Source: Gammaproteobacteria bacterium
GTDB lineage: Bacteria; Pseudomonadota; Gammaproteobacteria; DSM-16500
NCBI GenBank assembly: GCA_013286085.1
Contig: JABDGK010000003.1
Location: 19,115-83,114, forward strand
DNA: 64,000 nucleotides
Reading direction: 5' to 3'
A model generated the notes under the pieces. It was not told where the DNA came from. It saw nothing but the letters and a program-made list of their open reading frames with translations, and made no database searches. Below are positions 40,546 through 50,683 of the stretch, in pieces (position 1 is the stretch's first letter; each line of letters starts with the position of its first letter). The position numbers and the translations under genes are program-made.

Positions 40546-41529
40546 TTACCAATCTTGGATTATATTAAAGAGAATATTTACTAAAGAGTCGGTATGTAAT
40601 TGACTATCATTCAATGCAGCAATGTATTCAAATGAAGTGCCGCCCGCATCAAGAAATTGTTCTTTACCACGAATCGCAATTTCTTCGAGTGTTTCCAGGC
40701 AATCAACAGGAAAACCTGGGCAGATAACTTGAATATGTTTGATATTTTTTTGTGGTAATTCTGCTAATACTTTATCGGTATAAGGTGTTAGCCATTTCGT
40801 TGGACCTAAACGCGATTGAAAAGCCACTGACCATGCATCGTCTTCCAATCCTAGTGCTTTAGCCACTTGATTTGCTGTGGCATGACATTGATCCGCATAG
40901 GGATCACCAAGATCGATGTAACGTTGCGGGATGCCATGAAATGAAAATAACAAATACTGTTTTGCATGCGTTTGCCAATGCTGGCGAATAGATGCGCTGA
41001 GTGCTTGAATATAATGTTCATGCTGAGAGTATTCATTTAACATGCGAATTTCGGGGATATGACGCCACTTTTTAAATGTTTTTGCCACACAATCAAAAGT
41101 CGATGCCGTGGTTGTTGCGGAGTATTGCGGATATAAAGGGAAAACGAAAATACGGTCTACTTTTTTACTGCGCAATTCTTCTAGAGCCGTTTTAATCGAT
41201 GGATTTCCATAGCGCATACCCACTTGCACAAAAACGTCTGTAGCTAATTTATTTGATAAGACTTGCTCTACACTATTCGCTAATTCTAACGAATAATAGA
41301 GAAGAGGGGAGCCATTCACAGTCCATATCTTATTGTATAATTCAGCGGATTGTTTTGGGCGGGAGCGTAGCAAAACACAGTATAGAAATGGCTGCCAAAG
41401 AATTTTTGGCACTTCAACAACACGCGGATCGGATAAAAATTCTTTTAAATAACGACGTACCGCTGATATCGTTGGTGCATCGGGTGTGCCAATGTTTGTT
41501 AATAATATACCGATTTTTTTGGCTATCAT
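40546..41529 (-). CDS. hemH: Ferrochelatase
   Basis: NIGTP, LYPQYS, FSFHG, FQSR, DCLETLEE. Confidence 0.97.
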   Translation of the reverse strand: MIAKKIGILLTNIGTPDAPTISAVRRYLKEFLSDPRVVEVPKILWQPFLYCVLLRSRPKQSAELYNKIWTVNGSPLLYYSLELANSVEQVLSNKLATDVFVQVGMRYGNPSIKTALEELRSKKVDRIFVFPLYPQYSATTTASTFDCVAKTFKKWRHIPEIRMLNEYSQHEHYIQALSASIRQHWQTHAKQYLLFSFHGIPQRYIDLGDPYADQCHATANQVAKALGLEDDAWSVAFQSRLGPTKWLTPYTDKVLAELPQKNIKHIQVICPGFPVDCLETLEEIAIRGKEQFLDAGGTSFEYIAALNDSQLHTDSLVNILFNIIQDW

Positions 41530-42581
41530 GATTGTTTATTTATCTTAAAGCCCAGAGCAGCAAGCCGATCTACCATATTAGGATGCGTAGAAAATAAATC
41601 CGCAATAGATGCTACTGGCTCAAAGCCTGCTTGAATGGGATCAAAAATATAAGCTTCACGACGGACATTTTCATGTGGCGTTTGTTGATAAGCCGCCGCG
41701 TAGGCATCTTGATTGTTGGCATGATCGTTTTGGATTTTTAATAGTGCAGAAATTAAAGCTTGATTATCACGCGTTAATTCAACAGCACCGGCATCAGCCA
41801 TGTATTCCCGACGTCTGCTCAAGTACAGTAAAATAATGATATTAATCACGGGTAACAAATAACGTAATAAAATAATAATAGGCACGAGCGTATTGCGTGA
41901 TTCACTGCGGGAGTCACGATTAGAAAAGATGGCGCTATAAAAAAATATATCTAATACCATCAACATTAAATTAGCTAATACCGATGCCATTAATGTCAAT
42001 TTGATATCCATGTGACGAATATGACTAAGTTCGTGCGCCATAACTGCTTGTAATTCGCTACGATTTAATTTTTCCATTAAACCGCGTGTAATAGCAACCA
42101 TCGCTGATTTTTCACTATAGCCACTGGCAAATGCATTCATATAATCCGCTTCAATAACAAACACTTTGGGCATATATTGCAGCCCGGCGGCGATTTTCAT
42201 TTCATCAACGACGTTATATAGCTGAGTTTCTTTTTCACTGCGTGCCGAATTAGGGCTAATTTCACGATACTCCGTGCCAAGCAGCATCAGTTTATCGGAC
42301 AGAGCGAAAGTCACAAAAACAGAAATAAAAGCAACAGCGACCATGACGATGGTTGCATACGGTGTCAGCGCAAAGGTAATAAGAGCGTGAAATAATTGTG
42401 GAATGGTTGCACGTGGATATTGTTCTGAATAAATGAACATATCAACTAACAAACCTAACGCTAAATAAATCGTGAAAAACAAACTAATCACAAAATAAGT
42501 GCGCCGACTGTTGCTGCGCAATGCAGCGCGCCAATCAACAGCCGTCGTTACATACTGATTAAAATTTAATGGGCTTGTCAT
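41526..42581 (-). CDS. htpX: HtpX zinc metalloprotease
   Basis: NAFASG, HELSH, REYMAD, STHP. Confidence 0.93.
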   Translation of the reverse strand: MTSPLNFNQYVTTAVDWRAALRSNSRRTYFVISLFFTIYLALGLLVDMFIYSEQYPRATIPQLFHALITFALTPYATIVMVAVAFISVFVTFALSDKLMLLGTEYREISPNSARSEKETQLYNVVDEMKIAAGLQYMPKVFVIEADYMNAFASGYSEKSAMVAITRGLMEKLNRSELQAVMAHELSHIRHMDIKLTLMASVLANLMLMVLDIFFYSAIFSNRDSRSESRNTLVPIIILLRYLLPVINIIILLYLSRRREYMADAGAVELTRDNQALISALLKIQNDHANNQDAYAAAYQQTPHENVRREAYIFDPIQAGFEPVASIADLFSTHPNMVDRLAALGFKINKQS

Positions 42582-42586
42582 AAATT

Positions 42587-43162
42587 TTATAATTTAACAG
42601 TGTAGTCTTCTTGCTGAGCAACTTTGTCTGCACTTAATTGCCAATAGGCGAAATCAAAATCTAATTTGCCACGGAAAATTCCCACAATCATGGCTGTGAA
42701 AAATGATTTTTTTGTCGCATTATAATGCTCAACGCTGTCGTTGAATGATTGTTTCGCGTAAGCTAATTTGTTTTCGGTGTTGACGATTTCTTCTTGTAAC
42801 TGCAGGGCGTTTTGATTAGCTTTTAAATCAGGATATTGCTCAAATACCACATTAATATTGGATGCAATCTTAGAAATTTGATCTTCGGCATTAATACGCG
42901 CTTGTGTGTCGCCAGACGCTTTCGCTTTTTCGGCTTGACTGCGCAGAGCGACAACATCTTTTAGGGTGGTTTGCTCATAATCCATGTATTTTTTAACGAC
43001 ATTGATTAACGACTCAAATACTTTAAAACGACGATCTAATTGGATATCAATTTGTTTTTGATTATTTTTGGTTGCTTCAATCTGGGCGATCAGCGTATTG
43101 TAGGTCATTACAATAAAACCGCCGAGGAGGACAAGAACAATAAGGATAATAATGCCAGTCAT
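42587..43162 (-). CDS. lemA: LemA family protein
   Basis: IDIQLDRR, EQYPDLKAN, TENKLAY; N-terminal TM. Confidence 0.93.
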   Translation of the reverse strand: MTGIIILIVLVLLGGFIVMTYNTLIAQIEATKNNQKQIDIQLDRRFKVFESLINVVKKYMDYEQTTLKDVVALRSQAEKAKASGDTQARINAEDQISKIASNINVVFEQYPDLKANQNALQLQEEIVNTENKLAYAKQSFNDSVEHYNATKKSFFTAMIVGIFRGKLDFDFAYWQLSADKVAQQEDYTVKL

Positions 43163-43243
43163 GACTTTTAACTCCGAGGTTAGTCTTTGAGTTTGCAATA
43201 ATCTACTATTATATCTTTTTCCATTTGAACCAGGAAGCCAAAT

Positions 43244-43906
43244 ATGTCAGATGCAACGTTAAATTTAACGCCTAAAGTCTATACTTATTTGCAAGAAGTT
43301 TCCTTGCGCGAACCGGAGGTATTAAAGCAGCTGCGCCTGCAAACGCATAAAATGAGTATGGCGCAAATGCAGATTTCACCCGAGCAAGGGCAATTCATGC
43401 GCTTATTGATCGAGCTAATAGGCGCCAAGAAAACCCTCGAAATCGGTGTCTTTACAGGATATAGCGCCCTCGCCGTTGCATTATCGTTACCCAGTGACGG
43501 TAAAGTGGTTGGCTGTGATATCAATGGCGAGTGGACAAAAATCGCTCGGAAATATTGGGAGATGGCGGGTGTTGCCGATAAAATGGATTTGCGACTAGCG
43601 CCGGCGCTGGAAACATTGCAATCATTATTAGATGAAGGCCAAGAAAATACGTTTGATTTTGCTTTTATTGATGCAGATAAAGTAAATTATCCGCATTACT
43701 ATGAAATGTCACTGCGCTTAGTACGACCTGGTGGATTAATCGCTATTGATAATGTGTTATGGGATGGCGATGTTGCTGATTTCTCTATTACGGATGCCAA
43801 GACCGTTGTTCTACGAGAGTTAAATGCAAAATTACATACAGATGAACGCATAACAATAAGCATGTTACCACTTGGCGATGGCTTAACACTGGCTAGAAAG
43901 CGATAA
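43244..43906 (+). CDS. SAM-dependent O-methyltransferase (CCoAOMT-like)
   Basis: LEIGVFTGYS, FIDADK, IDNVLW. Confidence 0.93.
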   Translation: MSDATLNLTPKVYTYLQEVSLREPEVLKQLRLQTHKMSMAQMQISPEQGQFMRLLIELIGAKKTLEIGVFTGYSALAVALSLPSDGKVVGCDINGEWTKIARKYWEMAGVADKMDLRLAPALETLQSLLDEGQENTFDFAFIDADKVNYPHYYEMSLRLVRPGGLIAIDNVLWDGDVADFSITDAKTVVLRELNAKLHTDERITISMLPLGDGLTLARKR

Positions 43907-43909
43907 CCG

Positions 43910-43948
43910 GAGTAGCCCGTATGAAGCGCAGCGTAATACGGGCTACTC
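43910..43948. repeat. GTAGCCCGTATG-family REP, single hairpin
   Basis: gagtagcccgtatgaagcgcagcgtaatacgggctactc. Confidence 0.88.
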
Positions 43949-43968
43949 GAAAATCAGGTAACGATGAA

Positions 43969-44985
43969 ATGACAAAAAAGCGCATTTTTATAATTTGTAT
44001 TTCGGTGATGATCTCAATGACAATATTTAACGCCCACGCAGCGACATCACCCAAAAAAGGAATTATCATTGGTTTTGGCAACATGGGACGAAATCATTTT
44101 GAACGCTATAAAAAATTAGGCATCAACATTATTGCTGTGGTCGATATTGATGATACTGCTTTGAAAGTAGCAAACGATTTAGGATTGCAAACCTGTAAAA
44201 AAATTGAAGATTGTCATAATATTGAGCAAGCTGATTTTATCGATATCAGTACGCCGACTTATTTGCATTATCCCTTTCTTGAGCTAGCGATTCAAAAATA
44301 TAAAAAACATATTTTTGTTGAAAAACCGGTGGTTTTAACCGCTGAAGAAGCCGATAAACTTGCTGCATTAACAAAAAATTATTCGCCTATTATTTTTGTT
44401 GGCGAAGTAGAGCATTATAACCATCGACTAACTAATTTTTTATATAACGCTCGCAATGCACAATCAATTAAGATATCTCGATCTGTTAATCTGGAATATT
44501 TTTTACATGGGAAACGCCCTTGGTTTCTTGATCCAAAATTAAGTGGTGGATTGATTCTTGATTTAATGGTGCATGATTTGAGTGAATTGGATAGTGCATT
44601 TGGAGAAGCAACCATACTTGATGGCGCATTTAAACAAAAGAAATATAATTGTATTGATGAAGCAACAGTGAAATTGTCATACAAACAGGCGCACGTGAAT
44701 GCAGAAGTAACAGGAAGTTGGATTTCAGATAACTCACAACATCCTATTATTCTCACCGCTGAGATTACAGAACGAAATGGACACGTGAAAAAATTGGTAA
44801 TTGATGATTATGCTGTGCGCGGGAAAGTGTTAGATGAAAACGATGCTTATTTAAATGAGATAAGAGCATTTAATCAAGCGGTGAATACTGGAAAAGCACC
44901 ACATCCATTGGGCGAATATTTGCGTGTGGTGAAATTGGCAAATAGTATAATGTTACTGAGCCGCGCGCGTCAGCAAGCGTCGTAA
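43969..44985 (+). CDS. Gfo/Idh/MocA oxidoreductase with apparent signal peptide
   Basis: GFGNMG, STPT, VEKP, DLMVHD; the ORF-track start lies in a REP. Confidence 0.85.
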   Translation: MTKKRIFIICISVMISMTIFNAHAATSPKKGIIIGFGNMGRNHFERYKKLGINIIAVVDIDDTALKVANDLGLQTCKKIEDCHNIEQADFIDISTPTYLHYPFLELAIQKYKKHIFVEKPVVLTAEEADKLAALTKNYSPIIFVGEVEHYNHRLTNFLYNARNAQSIKISRSVNLEYFLHGKRPWFLDPKLSGGLILDLMVHDLSELDSAFGEATILDGAFKQKKYNCIDEATVKLSYKQAHVNAEVTGSWISDNSQHPIILTAEITERNGHVKKLVIDDYAVRGKVLDENDAYLNEIRAFNQAVNTGKAPHPLGEYLRVVKLANSIMLLSRARQQAS

Positions 44986-46908
44986 TACATTAAGTCCAGT
45001 GACGCTTGCTGACGCGCGCGGCTCGGTGCGTTGATAAACCAAAAACCGAAACAATGGCTGTCCATCTACCGTTTTTACATAATGGTAATTATTCCATGCT
45101 ATTTTAAAATTAGCATTTTCTGAAAAAAATCTTATGTAATCAAGTTGAGCTCTACCAAAATATTTTTTCACTTTTATTGCATTCGTATTACGCATGTCAA
45201 CAAATATAATATCCGGTTTATTTTTATTAATTTCATCGGCTATTGCATTCACAAGAAAATCCATGCTGTTTTTTTTCAATGCGTAAGCATGATGATATGC
45301 TTCAATATTATCGCTATATAATAATTCTGGCACAAATCCTAAGCAGCCAAAACGAGAAATAAATATTGATTTTGTGTATTCTGTTCCTGGGAAAGCAAAG
45401 TCGGCATTATCTGAAAGAAAATAAACGGTTTTATATTGGTATTCTTGCAAAACAGCTAACCACCTTTGATATTGTTTTGCGTTTGCTGTTGCTAAATTAT
45501 AAAGACAAGCACCTTGATAAAATGGATACGACAGTAATAAAACACCGATGGCAGCAGAAAAAATAAATGGTAATTTTTTTACTGCCTCTCGTTCTGGAAT
45601 ACAAAAAGCAAATACTAAAAATAAAAATAAAGTCACTATGAAAAACAAATGCACTTGCAAGGGTGAGTGTAATAAATACTGATTAAGTAGCCATCCGGTT
45701 GCCCATACAAAAACGGTAGCCGCCAAGATTTTTAAATAGTGTGTATAACGATAAGATCGATAAAAAATTAGTCCAAATATAACAGCAAATAAGCCAAAAT
45801 AACCGCCACTCTGAAATCGAATACTCAGTGTAATATAATCCATCCGCCAACAGAGATAACTAACAAACAAAAATGCCCATAATCCGAAGCTGATGTAATC
45901 CCAGCGGGTAAGACTTTTTGGGGTGATTAACAAGCTAAATAATAACACAATAAGAAGTATACTGGTGGAAACCATGGGTAATGCATGGTAATTCCATGGT
46001 GTGTGTTGTAGTAAAAATGAAAATAAAAAACCTACTGAAGCTAATGCCAACACAGTACTGAGTGCCGGATACGGATTATTCGCGCGTCGCAATACATATA
46101 ATACTATCGCAAAATACGTGAACCATGCTTGAGGAGAAAAAAGTATAGTCCTAAATGGAAACCCGTATTGTTGGTAATAAAATTTTGCAGCAAAGGGTAT
46201 AACAATAGTTAAATAATCACGGTTAAACACGATAATACTAAGAAAAAATAATAAACCAACTAACACAATACCGACTATTTCAGGGCGAAAAAAAGCTTTC
46301 ACACTGCCTTTTTTCCAACAAAAATATATTTCAACCAAGAGAAAACTCAATAGAAAATAGGGCTTAATAATAAATCCCACCCCTGAAAATAGACCAACCC
46401 ATGCCGCCATGAGAGTTGAATTAGCAGAAGAATTTTGTAGTCGATGCACTACTAACAAAAAATACGGCATCGTGAATATAATTAAGAGATGTTCACGTTG
46501 CCCGAAATCACTAAAAGGGAAAAGTAAAAATAAAATTGCCAGTGTAAATAAAAATAAATACCGCGTCAGAGAGTCTATTTTATTAGTCAATAAATAACAA
46601 AAGCAAAGAGAGCATAATGCTAAACAATCAACATAAATACGAATAGCAATATCGGTAGGAAAAGAAAAAATTTTGGCAATGAATACGGCAGGAATATAGC
46701 TATATAACACCATAGGCGGATTCATTTCAAAGAAATCGTGCGTATAAGTACCGCCTGACAATAGCCGTTGCGTAGCCACCATTAACCAACTTACGTCGGA
46801 GTTAAACAAAAAATGGCTTTGCAAAATCCAAGAAAGCAAATAAATACCAAAGATAGCACTTAAAAAAAATATTTTTTTCCCGTGTGTAGTCGGCATTGTC
46901 GAATCCAT
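44953..46908 (-). CDS. Polytopic membrane protein, probable GT-C glycosyltransferase-like
   Basis: Many TM segments; NSDVSW, FFEMNPP, FGQREH, IKP motifs. Confidence 0.6.
   Translation of the reverse strand: MDSTMPTTHGKKIFFLSAIFGIYLLSWILQSHFLFNSDVSWLMVATQRLLSGGTYTHDFFEMNPPMVLYSYIPAVFIAKIFSFPTDIAIRIYVDCLALCSLCFCYLLTNKIDSLTRYLFLFTLAILFLLFPFSDFGQREHLLIIFTMPYFLLVVHRLQNSSANSTLMAAWVGLFSGVGFIIKPYFLLSFLLVEIYFCWKKGSVKAFFRPEIVGIVLVGLLFFLSIIVFNRDYLTIVIPFAAKFYYQQYGFPFRTILFSPQAWFTYFAIVLYVLRRANNPYPALSTVLALASVGFLFSFLLQHTPWNYHALPMVSTSILLIVLLFSLLITPKSLTRWDYISFGLWAFLFVSYLCWRMDYITLSIRFQSGGYFGLFAVIFGLIFYRSYRYTHYLKILAATVFVWATGWLLNQYLLHSPLQVHLFFIVTLFLFLVFAFCIPEREAVKKLPFIFSAAIGVLLLSYPFYQGACLYNLATANAKQYQRWLAVLQEYQYKTVYFLSDNADFAFPGTEYTKSIFISRFGCLGFVPELLYSDNIEAYHHAYALKKNSMDFLVNAIADEINKNKPDIIFVDMRNTNAIKVKKYFGRAQLDYIRFFSENANFKIAWNNYHYVKTVDGQPLFRFLVYQRTEPRASASVTGLNVLRRLLTRAAQ
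44955..45027. repeat. REP doublet (gagccgcgcgcgtcagcaagcg family) lying within two convergent CDS ends
   Basis: gagccgcgcgcgtcagcaagcgtc..gacgcttgctgacgcgcgcggctc. Confidence 0.92.
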
Positions 46909-46916
46909 GACAGAAG

Positions 46917-46988
46917 CGTAGGGTGGACAAAGCGCAGCGTGTCCACTGAATACTGGTGGTGGACACGCTGCGCTTTGTCCACCCTACG
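46917..46988. repeat. GTAG-type REP doublet
   Basis: cgtagggtggacaaagcgcagcgtgtccac and its inverse. Confidence 0.92.
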
Positions 46989-46996
46989 TTACATTA

Positions 46997-49900
46997 TCAA
47001 ACACGAGCAATTGCATAATGCTCAAATAAATAATCCACCCACAAATTACTAAGCTGTTCTTGCAAACGATTTTGAATTTGACGTTCATCAATATTATCAA
47101 AATCAATCAACTCTAATGGCTGTTCTGGCCATGAGCATGCAAATACTGCTTTGGTACGCTTACCCGTCTCAGGATCCACTTGCCATTGCAAGCATTGCGC
47201 ACAAACACCTTTGAGCATGCATTGCATCGTACTGTATACAGAGCCAGAAACACGAGGTTCTTTGACGAGAAATTCTTTTAAGCTGGTTTTGCGAGCTTCT
47301 TGAAATCGACGTAAAAAATCTGTGCCGCCAATTAAATGAATACGGTCAATATCAGCTAAAGCAATTTCCGGATGTGGTTTGCTTGCAGCTAATTTTCCAC
47401 TGGCATAACAAAGTAGCGCTTCTATACTATCAACCGATGTTGTGTAATCTTGCGGACGTCTCGGTGTGATTAGTTCGCCACTTTGAGTAACCCAAATAAT
47501 AATATCCGCAGCACTTTCAAGTTCATCTTGGCAATAAACTTCTTCTTTATTTTTAAAGTGGCCCACATAAATGACACGATTACCCGCAGCACGCAGTGCA
47601 GTACCATAGCTATTCAGTAAAGCAATGCTCAACTGATTACCCATTAATAGAATAGTTTCATGCTCATGCGCAATTTTATTTCTAGTCCCTGTCGGCCCCA
47701 TGAGAGAGACAGGATCATTAACGCGTAGTGTCGAACAAATTTTTGAGCTAGTACCAGATTCAATGACAATAAATTTTAAATTACCCTGTGTGCGTTCAAC
47801 ACCGGCAGCAATGAGTGCTAATGGCTCCATTTGTAGCGCTGTATGGTCAATGCGTGGGGCAAAAGTTTCAAAATTTTGTAAGCGATAAAATTGGCCTGGC
47901 TGGTAATGTTTAGCAGCCAATGGCGAATGTATGGTTAGTTCCACCACATTATTAGTGCGACGTTCAATTTTAGCAACGCGTGATTGAAATAATGAGGCCA
48001 TATGGTGAGAAAAATTTTCGTACTCTGAGGCGTCGCCAACCTTGTTTAGCTTATCTTTCAGAACAGCAAGAATCTTGGGATATGTACGCATACCCGATGC
48101 AATGGCTTTTACCACATTCCCGTGAAAAACAGGATGCGTATCACCAATCAAGCTCACGCGATAATGATCTTTGTGATAAGACGTAAATGGCCCAAAGTCC
48201 GGCTCTTTGCAATGTGTAATGCCATGCGGAATAACTAATTCTTTGTTTTTATCTTCATAATGCTGATATTGAAAACCTTGGCGTGAAAACGTGCCTTTGT
48301 GTTCAAATTCATAGGCAATATTGGGTTGTGTTCCCGTGGCAACAAAGATGGATCGTGCAGGTAAGCGCACTTCTTCCATCGTTGCTTCCCATTCATCTGG
48401 CGTTTTACGCAAGCGACGATGACAAACAAGCGTTTCCACGTGACCGAATTGATTCAATGCAACCGTAGTCGGCTCTAATGCTTCAGCGTAGTAAATACCT
48501 TCTTCTAACGCTTTTTTTAATTCTTCGTGATTATTAATATAAGCAGGGGAGTCTTGCATCATGCGACGATAAGCAATTGTCACGCCACCCCATTGACGAA
48601 TCAATTTAATGAAATCCGGTTGTTGGTTGTGTGCTTTAGCGCGCTCACGCTCTTTCTTGACAGCACGACCATGATGAATAAATTCATCCAGAATTTCGCG
48701 CGAAGCAGAATCTAATGGATTTAAAACATAATCTTCGCCATAAATTTCAATCAGTTTTTCATAGCGCACTAAGGTTTTTTCAACTTGTGAGATGTAATAC
48801 GCTTGCACTTCGGTAGCCGTATCAACACCTGTCAAACCACCACCGATAATGACAGCAGGTAAGCGGACTTGAATATTCGTTAAACTACTCGCCTTCGCAG
48901 CGTTACCTAATTGCAATGCCATCAAGAAATCATTTGCTTGGCGCATACCAGGTGCCAAACTGCCTGGAATAGGTAATGCTTTCGGTAGACCAGCACCAAC
49001 AGCAATGACAAAATGATCGAAGCCCATGCTCCAGGCATCATCGACCGTCACCGTACCACCAAAACGTACGCTACCAAATACTTGGAAGGTAGGACGACGC
49101 ATCAAGCTAATATAAATTAATTTTAAAAAATTCTTATCCCAGCGAACGGTAATCCCGTATTCGGCAACACCACCGAAACCCGCCATCAAACGTTCATCGA
49201 GATTTTCTTTAATATCATTGAAACGATAAATCGGTTCTTTAATGAGTTTTTCGTCGAGAGGCTCAATTTTTAAGCCATCGAAACCAACAATGGCAAACCC
49301 TTCTAATAACAAGTGATGTGCAAGTGTAAAACCAGCAGGACCCATGCCCGCAATCATGATTTTGAGACCGTTATAAGGTTTCATCACATATTGTTTTTGA
49401 CGCAGTGGATTCCAACGCGTCAGCAAATCATAAATTTCTACACCCCACGGTAAAGCGAGTACATCAGTTAAAATACCTGTTTCGACTTGTGGAATATTGA
49501 CTGGGTCTTGTTTTTGATAGATACACGCTTTCATGCAGTCATTGCAAATTCGATGACCTGTAGCAGGACACATGGGATTATCCACCATGACCATTGCAAG
49601 CGCTGCTAAAGTATGGCCATCGCGTTTTAGCACATGCATCTCAGAAATTTTTTCTTCTAGTGGGCAACCCGTCATCGTGAGATCGAGAGGATTTTTTTTC
49701 AAGCCTTGCGTAGGATCGCCTTTTTTGACAGGAAAACCTTTCGAGCAAAAGTCCCCGTCATGATCATGGCAATAAATACAATAATTCACTTCATCTTGTG
49801 TTTCACGTGGTGTCATACGTGGATCAGTTAACTTAAATCCATCACGTAAGCGAAATTGTGTATCTGGAACTGTTAAGCGCTCAACTTTATCATGTAAAAC

Positions 49901-50521
49901 AGCGACGGTAGGAACGAGGTTGCCATATTCAATTCGTTCTGGAATACGAAAACTTGTCCAGCCAGCAACAACTTCTTTGCCAGTAGGTGATACGATGGCT
50001 TGTACGCACCATTGCACAAGCTTATCAATTTCAGGGGTAAATTGATCTGGATTAGTCAGGTAGTAATTACCAAGTAAAGCGATTGCTAATTCTTTATCAT
50101 CGGCTTTGAGTGGTGCTGTGTTTAACTCTGTATTAAGCCAAACATCCAATTCGTGAAAAGCAGGATAACTATTTACCTTGAGTAAATCTTTTTTTGCTCG
50201 TCGCAAAACAAAATATTTTTTAAAGGCTGAAATAGGATTATAGGAAAGCGTTCTTGCCTCAGCAATAGCAGCAGCTTCTTCGATAGCAAATAAATCAATT
50301 AGAAATTTTTCTAGTATGGGTGCAGAAGTAAGCAAAAGTTCGCTAATAGCCAGCGGCGCCGTATTGTATGTTCCTTCGCGATAGGCCAGTAATCCGGCGT
50401 GCGCATCTGGATTAACCACCGCCAATTGAGATAAAAAAGCCTCATCTAGTCGTTTTAATCCCTCTGCCTGAAATAACTCAGCAAAGGTGAAACCGTTCAG
50501 TTTTAAGCTTGGATTCGGCAT
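46997..50521 (-). CDS. GltD/NfnB-like Fe-S flavoprotein fused to a PyrK/NfnA-like domain
   Basis: CIYC..GCP..RICNDCMKAC, GMGPAG, GGGLTGVD..YRR, then PGQF..MGPTG..MQCMLKGVCAQC. Confidence 0.85.
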   Translation of the reverse strand: MPNPSLKLNGFTFAELFQAEGLKRLDEAFLSQLAVVNPDAHAGLLAYREGTYNTAPLAISELLLTSAPILEKFLIDLFAIEEAAAIAEARTLSYNPISAFKKYFVLRRAKKDLLKVNSYPAFHELDVWLNTELNTAPLKADDKELAIALLGNYYLTNPDQFTPEIDKLVQWCVQAIVSPTGKEVVAGWTSFRIPERIEYGNLVPTVAVLHDKVERLTVPDTQFRLRDGFKLTDPRMTPRETQDEVNYCIYCHDHDGDFCSKGFPVKKGDPTQGLKKNPLDLTMTGCPLEEKISEMHVLKRDGHTLAALAMVMVDNPMCPATGHRICNDCMKACIYQKQDPVNIPQVETGILTDVLALPWGVEIYDLLTRWNPLRQKQYVMKPYNGLKIMIAGMGPAGFTLAHHLLLEGFAIVGFDGLKIEPLDEKLIKEPIYRFNDIKENLDERLMAGFGGVAEYGITVRWDKNFLKLIYISLMRRPTFQVFGSVRFGGTVTVDDAWSMGFDHFVIAVGAGLPKALPIPGSLAPGMRQANDFLMALQLGNAAKASSLTNIQVRLPAVIIGGGLTGVDTATEVQAYYISQVEKTLVRYEKLIEIYGEDYVLNPLDSASREILDEFIHHGRAVKKERERAKAHNQQPDFIKLIRQWGGVTIAYRRMMQDSPAYINNHEELKKALEEGIYYAEALEPTTVALNQFGHVETLVCHRRLRKTPDEWEATMEEVRLPARSIFVATGTQPNIAYEFEHKGTFSRQGFQYQHYEDKNKELVIPHGITHCKEPDFGPFTSYHKDHYRVSLIGDTHPVFHGNVVKAIASGMRTYPKILAVLKDKLNKVGDASEYENFSHHMASLFQSRVAKIERRTNNVVELTIHSPLAAKHYQPGQFYRLQNFETFAPRIDHTALQMEPLALIAAGVERTQGNLKFIVIESGTSSKICSTLRVNDPVSLMGPTGTRNKIAHEHETILLMGNQLSIALLNSYGTALRAAGNRVIYVGHFKNKEEVYCQDELESAADIIIWVTQSGELITPRRPQDYTTSVDSIEALLCYASGKLAASKPHPEIALADIDRIHLIGGTDFLRRFQEARKTSLKEFLVKEPRVSGSVYSTMQCMLKGVCAQCLQWQVDPETGKRTKAVFACSWPEQPLELIDFDNIDERQIQNRLQEQLSNLWVDYLFEHYAIARV

Positions 50522-50603
50522 ATGAGAGGTTTTTCATGGTATTAAGTGTGGCTGCATTATAACAAGTAGCCCGAATGAAGCAAAGCACTGAGTATTGTAG
50601 TGT

Positions 50604-50683
50604 CGTAGCCCGTATGTAGCGCAGCGTAATACGGGGTGGTATGCGCCAAATCCCGTATTACGCTGCGCTACATACGGGCTACG
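50604..50683. repeat. GTAGCCCGTATG-family REP doublet (degenerate extra arm near 50565)
   Basis: cgtagcccgtatgtagcgcagcgtaatacggg and its inverse. Confidence 0.92.
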
